A stretch of DNA of 63,474 nt, filler included, from Saprolegnia diclina VS20 (Eukaryota): assembly GCF_000281045.1 (NCBI RefSeq). It is 8 parts of 3 records of this genome, joined end to end, with 100 filler letters (N's around TTAATTAATTAA, not from the genome) between each part and the next. Parts side by side here need not be neighbours in the genome. Positions count along the whole stretch, not along the records: positions 26,745 to 44,308 come from NW_008246084.1; positions 44,409 to 54,055 come from NW_008246084.1; 6 more parts are not named here. The stretch is one strand, 5' to 3'. This document shows, in pieces, positions 34,382-47,400 of this stretch. Position 1 is the stretch's first letter. The number at the start of each line of letters is the position of its first letter. Both the position numbers and the translations under genes were made by a program. Below the pieces are notes generated by a model that worked only from the letters and a program-made list of their open reading frames with translations, was not told where the DNA came from and searched no databases.

Positions 34382-37300
34382 ATGGCGCCGATGGCCGAGA
34401 CACGGTGGTTCTACGCCAACGACGACGACGTCATTCACGGCCCCGCGACGCTGGAGCTTTTGCGCAATCTTTGGCTCCGAGGCGAGCTCCAGACCGACAC
34501 CATTGTCTGGCGTCTCGGGCTCACCGAGTGGCTCTCGATCGGGGAGCTTCCGTCGCTCCTCTCGTGCTTGAACACAAAAGATGCGATCCATGCGAGCCTC
34601 CTCAAGCGGTCGGCGTCTCTAAAGCCCATTGCCCACGGCCCACGTATCGTTGTACCGCAGCGCAAAGCGCAGTCGCTCGTCACGACGCTCGTTCCTACGC
34701 GCTCCAGTAACCAAGACGACGACGATGACGACATTGCGAGATCTAGTCCGCTTCTGTCCGCAGCAGCGTCCGAGGTGTCGGTGCTTTGCCCAGGATACAT
34801 CGCAAGGTCGCTTTGTACCGCCCGCTGCGTACGCCATTCGTAGCTTTATGAGATGAAACCAAACGCATTGTGTAGCCAGCGACACCCCACGCCCACTCGA
34901 CGCCCGACGGCCGATCGTTCACGCTGGATCCCGTGTACGTGCTCGCTACTTCATTGCTTCAGCGATGATAAGGCTGGTTCATAGAGCGCAGCGACTGAGC
35001 TTGATAGCCTCCACCCAAGGGCCGACATACCTCTGGACCCAAGACGCCGCGACTGGCTACGTGCTTCGGCGCGTTGTCGATCGTCCACGCCCGGGTATCG
35101 CCACAGTACTTGGCGACGGCGAGCATGGGATTATGGAAGACGTATCTGTGCTCGATGCCAAGGCGCTTGTCACGGACGCCACTCTCCGCCGCAACGTCGA
35201 CGACCTCGCTACGCTAGCAGCGTACGATACCGAGCCCACGGTGCTGCACGTGCTTCAGAAGCGCTTTCTCGAGGTACTTGTCGCCTTCACGTTTTCGACA
35301 GCACCATCGTCCTTTCTACAGGGGCGACTGCACACGTGGGTGGGCTCGTCAGCGTCGATGCTCGTGGCATTGCATTCCTTTGGTGCGCCACCGACGCCAC
35401 CATCGACTACAAACGCCTCTGGCATCGCACCCAGTCTTGCGGCCATCGCGCAGGCGGCGTTCGACGCTCTCCTTCAGGACGCCCGAAACCAGGTGCGTTG
35501 TCTGCATTCTAAACAGACTTTTTGTCATTGGAGTGCAGGTGATCATTGTCAGTGGTGAGAGCGGTGCTGGCAAGACAACCGCCGCAACACGCCTTCTCGC
35601 CGCGCTCACGAAACACCACGGGTCGGCCTACGTCCTCTTGAACGTTCGTGAAGCTAATTACGGGCGCAGGTCGATGGGGCTTGGTGCGCACGCAGCGCTG
35701 GCCGCGTTTGGCCACGCCAAGACGCCTCGCAATGACAGGAGCAGTCGCTTTGCAAAGCTTGTGACGTTGCATGTAGACCCGTCGACGCGCTCGGTGGTCG
35801 GCGCGTCAACAACCTGCTACCTCTTGGAGAAGGCGCGTGTCGTGCGCCAAGGAACAGGCGACAGCAACTATCTGATTTTCTACCAGCTTCTCTGCTCCCA
35901 ACGCGCGGCTGACTATGGTCTCACGCCCTTTGGCGTTGGCGACTACGCGTACCTGACCCATCATGTCGAGGTTGGTGCCTCAAGCCCGCTAACCCTCTCC
36001 TACCAGGTTTCCTGTAGGTCGACCGCGACACGGTTGCCTTTGGAGCGCTGGACGCAACGCTCGATGCGTTGCGCGCCGTAGAAATTCTCGATGTCGACTG
36101 GCTTCTCGGTGTCGTGGCGGCGATCCTACACCTCGGCAACCTCGTCTTTGTCTCGGACAATGAGACGGGCTCAAATGTACGTCATCAAACTCCGCTACGA
36201 GGCATCCGTTTGCATGTGACGATGCAACAACGACGACATAGGTGGCTAATAGTGCCGCGTTGCTTGCCGCTGCAACGCACTTACGTGTACCATCCGATGC
36301 GTTGCGTGACGCGCTCTGTGTCACCGTGCTCACGATTGGCAGCAAACTCGAGCGGCAATGCATGCCGCATGGCCCCGAGCGCGCGGCATCCGCGGCCGCT
36401 GCGATGGCCAAGGCGCTCTACGTGCGTCTTTTCGAATACATCGTAACGTGCTGCAACGCGTCGGTTGGTGCGTCGCCCGACGCGCTGCGCTTGAGCGTTC
36501 TCGATGTCGTGGGCTTCGAGTCGCTGCCGCTGAACGGCCTCAACCAGCTCTGTATCAACTACACGAACGAAGTGTTTCAGCAGAAAATGCAAAGTGAGAT
36601 TTTGGCCGCCGACCTTGCGCTGTACGCACGGGAGGGTGTCGCCGCCCCGTCGATGGCCTTGCATGACCACCAAATCGTCTTGGACCTTCTGGACAAGGTA
36701 TTGGGCTTTCACTGCAAGGGCGTCGCTAAGGCAATGGTGTAGAAGCCCGACGGCATTTTGCATCTGCTGGAAGAGCAGGCGCGTGTGATGCGGGGCAGCG
36801 ATGCTCGACTGGCGCAGCAGGTGCGTGCGCTCGGGTCGCCCGCTCTCGTTGCGCAGAAATCGCCGATGCTGTTTGGCGTGCGGCATTACGCCGGCGTCGT
36901 CACGTACTCGGCCGACGGTCTCACCGAGGGCAACAAGGATACGACCGCGCCGAGCTTCGCCGATTTCTTCGCGCAAAGGTCGGCTCCTCCGCGTGCCACG
37001 TCATACTAAGGTGGCGTGTTTTTAGCACGCTACCAGCAACCTTCCAGGCGCTGTTTCAAGCCGCCCCGGCGCGAACGCGGTCGCCGGTGGCAGATTTTCG
37101 CACGCAACTCGCGGCGCTGCGTCAAGATATCGCACTCTTGCATCCTCGCCACGTCTGCTGCATCACTCCCAGCCGCACTCGCGCGACGGCAACGTTCGAG
37201 CCGTTGGTCGTCCTCGATCAGCTGCGTGCGGCTGGCGTCCTCGCTGCCGTCAATCTCTCGACGACGGGTCTTGCCTACCGTGTGCCGCACGCCGCCTTTT

Positions 37301-38828
37301 TCAACCTGTACCAGCGCTTGGCGCCTGGGGCGCGCGACTGCAAAGCCCTTTTGCGCGACCTCGGCTTGCGCAGCCACGCGCAGCTTGGTGCGTCGCTCGT
37401 CTTGTACGACGCGTCGGCCTATGACCACCTCGAGTTGCTGCGAGCGCTTCACCGCACCGCGTCGGTCGTGCAGGTGCAAGCGGTGTGGCGGCGCCGCCTC
37501 GCACAGCAGTATGTCTGCGCCATTCGCGCGGCCGTAAAGGAGCCTGCCACCGCGATCGAGGTATTGCGGCCCTGGCAGACGCTATTTCCAGCAAACTTGC
37601 GCCAGCAGCCAGCACCTGCCAAGGCAACGCCGAGTGAGAAGAGCAGTCCGCCGGTCGACGTGGCTGTCGAGCCAGAGTGCGACGAGGACGACGAGAACGC
37701 GCTCAAGCAGCAGCTCACCAAAGCCGTCGAGGCCAACGACCGCGCCGCCGTGATTGGTCGGTCGATCGCACTCCAAAAGCGCTTTCTCAAGGTGCACACG
37801 GGCATGTTCTTGCCGTCGCAGCTGCCTCTGCTGCGGGCAAAAGCCGACTTTGCAAATGCTCGGTCAACTATGTCCCAAAATGTATTGTGCGAATTCAACA
37901 ATATGGTCGTAGGTTTTACGGCTTGAGCTCGAGCGGAGCCAAAGAAGACTTGGTGGATGGCATGCTCAAGTTCAGCGCCAAGCCACTGCACACGTCCTTG
38001 ACGCAGCTACCTCCTGCTGCTACGCGCGACGCGATCCGCTGCTTCAAGGCCATCCTTGGTACTGCATACTAGTATTCTCATTCTGCTGTGCGGTGCGAAC
38101 GACAGTACTAGGCTACATGGGTCTGCGCCGGCAAGGGACACCGGAAGAGCTTGTGAACGAGCTCATCGTGAAAACAATCGCACAGCCAGAGCTGCGCGCA
38201 GAAGTGTATGCGCAGATCCTCAAGCAGCTCACAGACGTGCCGAGTGACAGCTTGCGGTAGCATCGAGGTGCTTAGCAATGCGTCTCGTCACCAGGAGTCG
38301 TAGGGACAAGGCGTGGGCGCTGTTGATTGTGGCGCTCGCCCATGTACCGCCCCCGCCCGTCCAAGAGAGCTACGTCGCCATGTTCATCCAAGCGCATGCC
38401 CCCAGTGCGTGGGTCGACCACCTCTTCCTCATGCTGCACCAGCGCCTCGTGCATGGCGCCCGTCGCGACGTTCTGGTTCCCGACGCGATAGCCGCGCTCC
38501 TTGATGGGTTCCACGGTCCATCGCCAAGCCCGCATCCAAGCCGCTTGTCGATATCGGCGGGGTTCCTCGGTTCGACGCCGTCGACCCGCGTGCTATACGC
38601 CTTCCAAGGCAACGCGGACGATGCGACGTTGACGGTACGATCTACACGTCCATATCGTGTCTCTGAGGTTGTGCTGCGTAGGTCAACGCCGGCGACGAGG
38701 TGGTCGTTCTCGAGGGGGCGCTTGGCGCGCCGTGGTGGTTTGTGCAGTTCGGTCATGTCGGTGGGTACGTGCCCGCGACGTATCTGGCGCTCTACACAAA
38801 ACAAATGCAACGCGCGCTGCTTGTATAA
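34382..38828 (+). CDS. Divergent myosin: GYF_2-like domain, motor, IQ, MyTH4, SH3
   Basis: N-terminal WFY..GP...L..LW...TIVWRLGLTEW; motor GESGAGKT, AFGHAKT.RNDRSSRF, YLLEKARVV, DVVGFE, NQLCINYTNE, HYAG; IQ 'VQAVWRRRLAQ'; MyTH4 'ELRAEVYAQILKQLT'; SH3 'VLYAFQG...WW...GYVPATYL'. Confidence 0.85.
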
Positions 38829-38856
38829 CTCAATATATGAAGTCGTCGATCGTCAC

Positions 38857-39683
38857 TTAGCAGCAGCCGTCCGACGTCCGGTCGGCGTGGTCGTCCAGTT
38901 TGATTTTGCGCTCGTTGGCCACGTCTAACCGGTCGCTCTCGCACTCGGCGAGGCGCTTCTGCACGTCGACCGCAATCGACCGGAACGCTTCCTCGACGTT
39001 CAAGTTGCTCTTGGCGCTCGTCTCGAAAAACTGCACGCCGTACTCGGCCGCGAGCTCTTCGCCCTGCTGCGTCGTCACGACCTAATCAATGCCACCGCGC
39101 ATCAGTCCATTGGCCGAGCGTCGATGGGCCGTACGCGCTCGGACGGGTCGACGTCGCACTTGTTGCCAATGAGAATCTTGTTGACGTTCGGGCTCGCATG
39201 CTGCTGGATCTGCCGCATCCAGTTGCGCACATCTACGAGCCGATGAGCCATCACCATGAGCATCACCAGCGCCAGCGAAGCGTACTCTGGAACGAATGGT
39301 CGTCCGTGACGTCGTACACGAGGAGGATGCCCATGGCGCCGCGGTAGTAGGCTATTCATAGCGTCGTCCTCGAGGTTGCTGCACGATGATGGCATGGCGT
39401 ACCCGTCGTGATGGTGCGGAAGCGCTCTTGGCCGGCCGTATCCCAGATCTGGAGCTTCACGCGCTTCCCATCGACGTCGATGGTCTTGACCTTGAAGTCG
39501 ATCCCGATCGTCGTGATGAAGGACGACGTGAACGAGTCGTCCGAGTAGCGCATGAGAAGGCAACTCTTCCCGACGCCTACATGGGCTCTTCCTGCAGCCA
39601 AGACGAGGAGGAAGATGGAGGGTACCGCTGTCGCCGATGAGGAGGAGCTTGACGAGGAGGTCGTACTTGGAGCTGTGGACCAT
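38857..39683 (-). CDS. RAB8: Rab8/RabE (Sec4-like) small GTPase, multi-exon
   Basis: [61 protein letters not shown]-terminal GCC. Confidence 0.93.
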
Positions 39684-40200
39684 GCTGCTGCTGCTGCTTG
39701 CTGTCGGCCGAGGGGTTTTCGCACTCCCTTCGCTTTTCGTTTTTAAGTTTTATCGAAGCGTGAAAAAACACGCTTCTTCCGTCCCTATACTTGCTGTTTG
39801 TATATCCAGCGCGGTGGTTTTTAAAAAGACGTATTTTAATTGCGGCACTGAATTCCACGAGCAGTGGCCATCGCGTCGACTAAACGTTATGGCAGCTCCG
39901 AGTTTAGTTAGTCGGTCCGAGGCAACGACCGCATGCACAACCACCATGATGCGCGATGGCGCTTTGTGCGGCAATGCTACTCTTTGTACAAGTGGAGACG
40001 AGTCATTTTGGATGGAGCCAAGCACCAAGTTGCCATGCGACACGTCCGCAGCGACGTGCAGATCCACCATCGCCGTGCCTCTATTTTTGATTGACATGCA
40101 TGGCCGAAGCCGAATAGCGTCGCGTCACCGGAATTGAACCCGCGCTCATTTGTCTGCAATGATGGGAAATATGTGGAAAGGCGAGCAATGGTTACGTAAA

Positions 40201-40576
40201 TTAGACAAGGACACCAGCGGTTTGGAGGAGCGGCACGAGCTTGCCGTCGCGCTGGAGCTGCGCGACGTCCGAGCCGCCGCCGATCGTCACGTCCTTGACA
40301 AACACGTTGGGCACCGTCCGGCGGCCCGTGAGCTCAATGAGCGCTTGGAGGATTTCGTCGCCATTCGGAACAACGTCGAGCTCAATCACGTGGTATGGCG
40401 CGCCGACTGACGCCAAGACCGACTTGGCCTATTGAGATTGCACTTTGACATTGCCCTTTGAGTTGTTGGGAGGCTACCTGCGTGCAGTACGGGCAGTACG
40501 TCTTGCTAAAGACCGTGACGCCGTGCGAGGCGAGCGTCGCCTTGACAAACGTGTGGGTTTCGGACGAAGCGACCAT
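40201..40576 (-). CDS. Dithiol glutaredoxin (CPYC), one intron
   Basis: VFSKTYCPYC, TGRRTVPNVF, IGGGSD. Confidence 0.93.
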
Positions 40577-41079
40577 CGTGTTGGAGGTTGGGAGCGAGTT
40601 GAAGAGTGGCCACACAAGACACAATGTCCACGAGCTATGACCACCGTGGTGGATTCCGATTGGTCCGCTTTCCACCAATCAACGAAGCGCTTACAACTCG
40701 CGAATCTTCGCCCAAACCGTTCGCGGCCCTTCGCGGAACCTTCCAGGGACCCGGTTTACGCGCCAAATTTGTTTCCACCAATCTACCGAAGTCGACGAGC
40801 GTCCAAAGACAAGATGTCCGCACCATCGTAGTCACGCTCGTTGTACGTTCTCGCGTCGACCATTGCTTGTCGCCTCCTCATCGTCCTTTCTACGGCATAC
40901 CAGTACTATAAGTATAGTAGCTCTTTACGCCATTTCGACGAGGGCCCCACGTCACACCAAGTGCCAACATCTTACAAAGGAGCGCAACACGTCATCGACA
41001 ACGTCATCGTTATGAGAAGAGATGCGCCAGAAACGTTGGCACTCTAGTGATTTCGTCTATCACGTTATACAAGGGTCAC

Positions 41080-44000
41080 TTAGAGCTTCTCCGTGTTGAA
41101 CAAAAACGCGTTGCCGTCCGCGGTCCGCGTGCGCACTTGGGTCTCGTAGTCTGAGTTGTTCAAAATGGCATCGACCGCATCCGCCGCGTTCGAAATGATG
41201 CGCCACGTGTCGTACTGCCCGCGCCGGAGCTCGACAATCACCTCAAAGATCGGTGCACCCCCGCGCTCGGCCACAACCTTCCGCAGCGCGTCGCCATCGT
41301 TCTTTTGCTGCTGCTCCTTGGCCGTCTTGTCGCTGAGCGTCACATTCTGAATGCCACCAACGAGGCCTCGCAGCGGCTTGTTCTTGAGCAACTTCCGGAG
41401 GTCGCCGTGCGCCGACGCCACGATGCGCACGCCGCGCTGCTTGCACGTGCGCGCGGCCTCGACTTCGTTCGGGCGACCAATCTCGTCAATGACCATGACC
41501 TCGGGCGTGTGGTTCTGGACCACTTGGACCATCACGGCCGCTTGCTTGTCGAGCGACGGCACCATCATGCGCCGCGCCAGGCCCACGCACATGTGCGGAA
41601 TGTTGCCGTCACCTAGACATTAGAGCGTGGTTAGGGTCCTTTGTCTATACTTTAAAGGTGAAGAGTGCTACCTGCAATCTCATTGCTCGTGTCGACGATG
41701 CAGACGTTGTACTTATTGGCAAGCTGCCGAGAAACTTCGCGGACGATCGTGGTTTTGCCGCAGCCTGGTTCGCCGAGGAAGAGGATGTTCTTGTCTTCCT
41801 TCGCCAAAATGTCGGCAATCAAGCTCGCGTTGCCCTCAATGTACCGGCCAACGCGGATCGTGAGACCGATAATCTCGTTCGACCGGTTGCGCACGGCGCT
41901 AATACGGTGCAGTTGGCGCTCGAGGCCGGCGCGGTCGTCGCTGCCAAAACCGCCGACGCGGTCGACAATCAGATCGAGGTCGTTCTGGCACACGACACGC
42001 GCCTCGTCATGGGGCAAGAGGAAGAAGCGCGCGCCGTTGACCCACGCCCACGGCCGGCGCCCGAGGTCCAACACAATGTCGAGGAGGTGGGCGGCCACGT
42101 CCGGTGGCTGGAGCGGCGCCGCAAACTCGGGCGGTAGCAGTGCAAAGACGTCGCCCATGTCTTCGTGGACCACGAGCGGCGTGCTTTTCGCCAAGCTCGA
42201 CGGCCGCAAGTGGTGCAGCACCTCGTACGACGCAAACTTGTGCTGCTGCTTGACATCAAAGCTCAGCGTGCGGACGCCCTTGGCCGCAATGGCGTTCGTG
42301 ACGCGCTCCATCGACGCAGCATGCCACAATATGCTTTTGTCAGCAAACGTCTTACGCACAGGCGCAGCTACTTTGAGGAGAAAGTAGGATGTCCACATCG
42401 CTGCCCGAATGGCATCGTCCGAGCGCGGACGCTCCTTGAACGCTTGGAGGTAGCGTGGATACGGGTGCGACTCGAGGTTGTGACGCGACAGCATCGACGC
42501 AAACGACGGCGCATACTCCTTTGTCATCACTTCCATGGCGATCTGCAGATCCAAGACGGCCGCGAGTGGCGGGAGGGTAAGAGACGAGAGAGCAGCACCC
42601 ATGCGGTGGGCATCAAAGATGATCTTGGTCATCGTGGTCGACTGCAGCAGTGGACTCAGCTGCGCGACGAGGTCGTCCAAAGGAATTTGCTCGCAATCGA
42701 TGAGAACGACAAAATCGGTCATGCCGAGTTGCAGCTGAGTGTTGGGAAATGCAGGCCCAACGATCTCGAGCGACATGTTTCCCTTGTACGTGGCGAGCCG
42801 TGCGACATCGGGGAGCTTGTCAAAGCCACGCCGAAGGTCGTCCAGCGTACTAATTACGTACACGTGCTTCCAGTCCATGGAGACCGAGTGGAGCTCCAGG
42901 GCCGGCATGAGCTGGGACGACGGCACCTTTGGCACAACGACCGGTGCGCTCGGTTTCGCAATGACTCGTCGCACCGTTGAAGTGCTCGCTGCTTGATGCG
43001 AATCGACACCATGGGTGCTGGCTCCGAAGAACGGTTGAAAAGGCGAGGATGACGAAGGCGGGCGGGACCCAACGCCGGTTGTCTGCGACTCACGCGCGCC
43101 AAACGCAGAGAACGCTGGCGCAGCGCCACCCAAAGGTGTAAAGCTGGTCGCGCCGTTGGTCGTCGCTGACGTCGACGAGCTAAAAGGCACGCTCGTGGCT
43201 CCTCTAGATTGTTGACCAAAACCAGCACTGGTCGTCGACGAAGATCCGCCAAAGAAGCCTGTTCTTGGTGGGTAGCCAAGATAGGAATGAGGTACCGGCG
43301 TTGCGGTCGCACCAAACGAAAAGCCAGATGTCGAGCTGGAGGAAGCTGTGCCGCCAAACGAAAATGACGACGGCTGCCTCGTTGTCGGCGCGGACGACGA
43401 GCCAAACGAGAATCCGCTGGTCGAAGGCGCCGAGGATCCGAATGAGAAGCCGCTGGTCGAAGTCGCCGAAGAAGCCCCGAATGTGCTGGTCGAAGGCGCC
43501 GAGGTTCCGAACGAGAAGCCGCTGGTCGAAGTCGCGGAGGCCGCTGCAAACGGGTTGTTGGCTTGGCCACTGGGCGGCGACGCGCTTTGTGAGGAAGCAG
43601 TGACCATGTGGGTGTCGACAAACGGCTTCTTCTCGGCGGGCTGCGGCACAATCGTGGCTTGTGCGAGCGCCGCCTCCTTGTCGGTGCGCTTGAGGTAGTC
43701 TTCAAAGCGCAGCTCTTCCACCGACTTGTGCGCATACGCATCCATCATCGAGATGGACTTGTAGCCGATAATCAGTGCCGGCTGGCCTTTCTCGCTCTCG
43801 AGCAAGTACGTCATGCTGTACGCTGGCTTGGCCGTCCCGCACTGAACGTTGCGCGTCGACACGGTCACGGCACATCGCTTCATCGCGTCGACCACGTCGG
43901 AGGTGGGTGCTTCCGGCGCGTCGCTGCCAGCGTCCTTGTCGCCTTCACTGCTACCGTCCTTGTCGCCGTCGCTGCCCGCATTATCCTCGTCGTGCTTGCT

Positions 44001-44162
44001 CTCGCCGCTCTCACTGCGCTCAGAGGTGGCGGCGGTCGAGTTGCTGGATCCAGTGTTTTGGGCAAAGTAATTCGCGTACTGCTGCGCGATATCTCGGCCG
44101 CCAGTGCGCCCATGGCCTCGGCCGCCGCGACCACGCCCATGCCCCCGTTCTGTCCACGACAT
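41080..44162 (-). CDS. Multidomain protein: RGG, Nup98-type GLEBS, FG repeats, degenerate 3'-5' exonuclease, Ycf45/SpoIIIAA-type P-loop ATPase
   Basis: GRGRGGRG start; YKSISMMDAYAHKSVEELRFEDY; STSGFSFG repeats; LQLG..LIDC..LLQSTTMTKIIFD..VLDLQIA; DIVLDLGRRP, RAGLERQLHRIS, GEPGCGKT, IVDTSNEIAGDG, NHTPEVMVIDEIG, ASAHG. Intron 41613-41671. Confidence 0.85.
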
Positions 44163-44408
44163 TTTGAAAACAGCTGGCGGCGACCATGCACGCATACACT
44201 GTTTAGAAATACACTGTATTTGTCATGATTCTCATGGGGTTCCACGAGGCTGGCAAAACGTGGCACTTGGAAACGTCCGCGTGAAACAAAAGAACGACCA
44301 CCATGTAANNNNNNNNNNNNNNNNNNNNNNNNNNNNNNNNNNNNNNNNNNNNTTAATTAATTAANNNNNNNNNNNNNNNNNNNNNNNNNNNNNNNNNNNN
44401 NNNNNNNN

Positions 44409-47400
44409 TGCTTGCCATAGAGGTTGTCGTCGAGGTTGTACGCTTCGTCGATGACAAGGACCTTGCCGCGGGCCAGTTCCAAGCACGCTTGCGTCTTGGT
44501 TTGCGACTCGCCCACGTGCGACCCGACCAAGTCGCTCGCGGTCTTGAGCACCACGTCGCCGCTCGAGAGCAAGTTTAGCTCCTTGAGGATGCGGCCATAG
44601 AGCGCTGCACACGACGTCTTGCCCGTGCCAGGATTCCCCAAGAAGAGGCGGTTTAGCATCAATGGCAGCGGCGCCTGGCCCGAAAGCTGTCGTCGGTGGT
44701 TCTTCTCGCAATGCTGAACGAGGTCACGGACGTTCTTCTTGATCGAGGCCCATCCAATCTTGCCCTCGAGCTCGCCCAAGACACGCTCGAGCTTGGGGTT
44801 GTGCAACGGGTGGTCGCCGACCACATCTTCGAGGCACAGCACTGGTGCCGCCCCGTCAAACGCGGGCCGGGCCATCGCGCTCTGGGTGGCGGCCTCGACT
44901 TCCTTGCGCACGGCACGGGCGTTGCCAAAGCCCTTGGTGTTGGCGGCAATTGCGAGGCGCTTAGAGACGATCGTTGCGAGCTCAGGCGGCGCCGTCCACC
45001 CGCGCGCCTCGAGCTGCATGTTCCAGACTGCGTGCAACTCAACTTCGTCAAAGTCATCAAACGTGATGAGCTGGAACCGACTCTTGAGGCCCTTGTTGAA
45101 ACTGAACAGCTTGGTTTGCATGTCGTCTTCGTAGCCCGCCAAGATGATCGTGAGGCGGTCGCGGTGGTTCTCAGAGAGCGTAAGTAGCTCCGAGACGATT
45201 GCGCGGCCCTTGAAATCGCTGCTTGGGTCCAAGTCGTACGCCTCGTCGATAAAGAGAACGCCGTCCATGGCCGATGCTGCGAGCTTTCGAAACTCGGGGG
45301 CGCCTTCGTCCTTGAGCGTTTGCGCATTCGTTTCGACAAACACATCTTTTGCGCGCAGACCCGACTCGTGCAAGAGCGTCGCAAAGGTCCGCGCGACCGT
45401 CGTCTTGCCCGTGCCCGCGTTCCCGACAAAGCAAAAGTTGAAGGACAACGAGTTCTTCTTCCGCATCGCAAGCGGCATCTTCTTGCGCGCTAGGGCCGAC
45501 TGGAAGAGCTGGACGGCCGCGCGCTTCACCTTGCCGATGCCAATCATGCCGAGAAGGTCGTCCATCGCAGCCGAGCTCAAGTGCTCTGCGGCTGCGAGCT
45601 CTTCCCAGAGCTGCATGATCGAAGGGTCGCTCGGCAGCAACGTTGCTGTCTGTGACGCCGGGGACAACGCGCGCGTCTCGTCGGCCGTCAACCACGCATC
45701 GCGCGCGTTCGGGTACGTCGACGCAAAGAGCCGAAGGTACGAGACATCCTTCGTCCAGCGCCCCATCGCGAGAAACAAGAGTGGGTGTGCGTCGACCTGC
45801 GCGTCTTGAACGTAGCGCATGTAGACCTCGAGCTCGGTCAATGTCGTCGTCTCGGCCGGCAAGTGGAGCAGCTCCAACGCGTGAAGCAAACTCAGCTCCG
45901 GCAGATCCATGGATTCCTGCAGAGTGCGGAGGTAGCGGATGCCCGCAAACGGGGACGCGTCTGCCATCGACGCTGTCCGTGGTAAAGACTGCAGCTTTTT
46001 GGCGAGCTCGAGCTGCACCGAGCGCGGCGTGGATGCCAAAACGAGCGTCGTGCCGTCCCAGTGGCTGGGAAACTGAAAGCCCGCGAGGCGCGTTGTGGCC
46101 AAGACGCTGTTGTCCATCCAAGCGCGCGGCTTCTCGTCCAAGGCGACAGCGCCGTGGCGTCCAGGCATGCGGCGTTCGATCCGTCGCACAAGCTGCACGT
46201 GTCGGTCGATGTGCGGTGACGCGTACATCTGCAGCGCGTTCACGTCGCGCTTCGTGAGGCACACCTTGTGCGTGGTCATGACCGTGTACGGGTCCCAAAA
46301 GATCGTGCACTCGAGCTTCTTGGCAACAACCTGGATCGCATCGGCCCCGAGCGCGCGCTGCTCATCATACCACACGATCTTCTTCTTGTCGGGCTTGGGT
46401 ACACATGTGGTAGGGTCGAGCGTCCGACAAGAAAACCCGACACAAAGAAGCAGTGTCATCTTCTCCTTGAGCCACTGCACGTTGGCTGCCGTCCATTCTT
46501 GGAGACAAATGCCGTACAGCGTGTCCTGCTTCACAAAGTTCTTGGGGTCCATCGCTTCCACGGTCTTGACCTGGGCTTTGGACAAGACCGCATAGTACAG
46601 CTGTGTGCGAGGCGCGTAGAGCGGCTGCTGCCACTCGGGCATTTGTTCTACCACGGCCTTGTACCCATGGAGAAGCTCGAGTTTGCGTTCGAGAAACTGG
46701 CGCAGCGCAAGCGGAACAGCGTACGGCGCCAAGTACGTCTGTAGCGCTGGCGGCATTGATGCCATCGCGTCGCTGACTGCGTCTTGCAGCGAGACATTGT
46801 GATTGCGACGGCTGCAGCGCGCGACGAGGTCTTCTGTTTGCGCCAGCTCAGCGTCCAAGGCGTCCATCGAACATCGCGGACAGTCCGATGGAATGCCCTC
46901 GGCACACTGGGCAATCTCGATCGAGTGTACCTTGCTCGGGCACTGCCACACGGTGCGTCGCGTGCACGACGCGACGACATCCGTCTCGCTGCAAAGCGAC
47001 ACGACCCGCTGGCGGCATGCCGCGTAGTTCCAGCATTCGCGCAAGACTTCCTCAGTGCATGGAGCTTGTGGCCCGTCGACTTCAAAGCATTGGACTTGGC
47101 GCTCGTGACTGCACGGCAACTGTACCACAGTGTCGTGGCTGCACGGCGGCAACGTCTTGCCCAAGAGTTTGAACGCGGCACCGCAGCGCATGTCGAAGCT
47201 GTGACCACACGATGAGCTTCGCTCAAAAGTGACCATCTGCGGGCAGTTGGCCCAGCTCGAATGCGCACAGGTTGTGGGCAGCGGCGCCGGCGGAGGCACC
47301 GAGTCGACGAGGACGCCAGCGACCAGCGGTGCCGCGGCGCCGGCAGGCCACGGCTTGTAGCCTCGAAAGTCCGTGTCCCCGCATGGCACGGTGACGTCGT

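Noticed and set aside
40814..41047. Small plus-strand membrane ORF
   Set aside because: In-frame stop five codons after the only good ATG and no recognisable homology.
43000..43850. Calling the FG/GLEBS gene the canonical Nup98
   Set aside because: No autoprotease/Nup96 region is seen; the frame continues into exonuclease-like and Ycf45-type domains.
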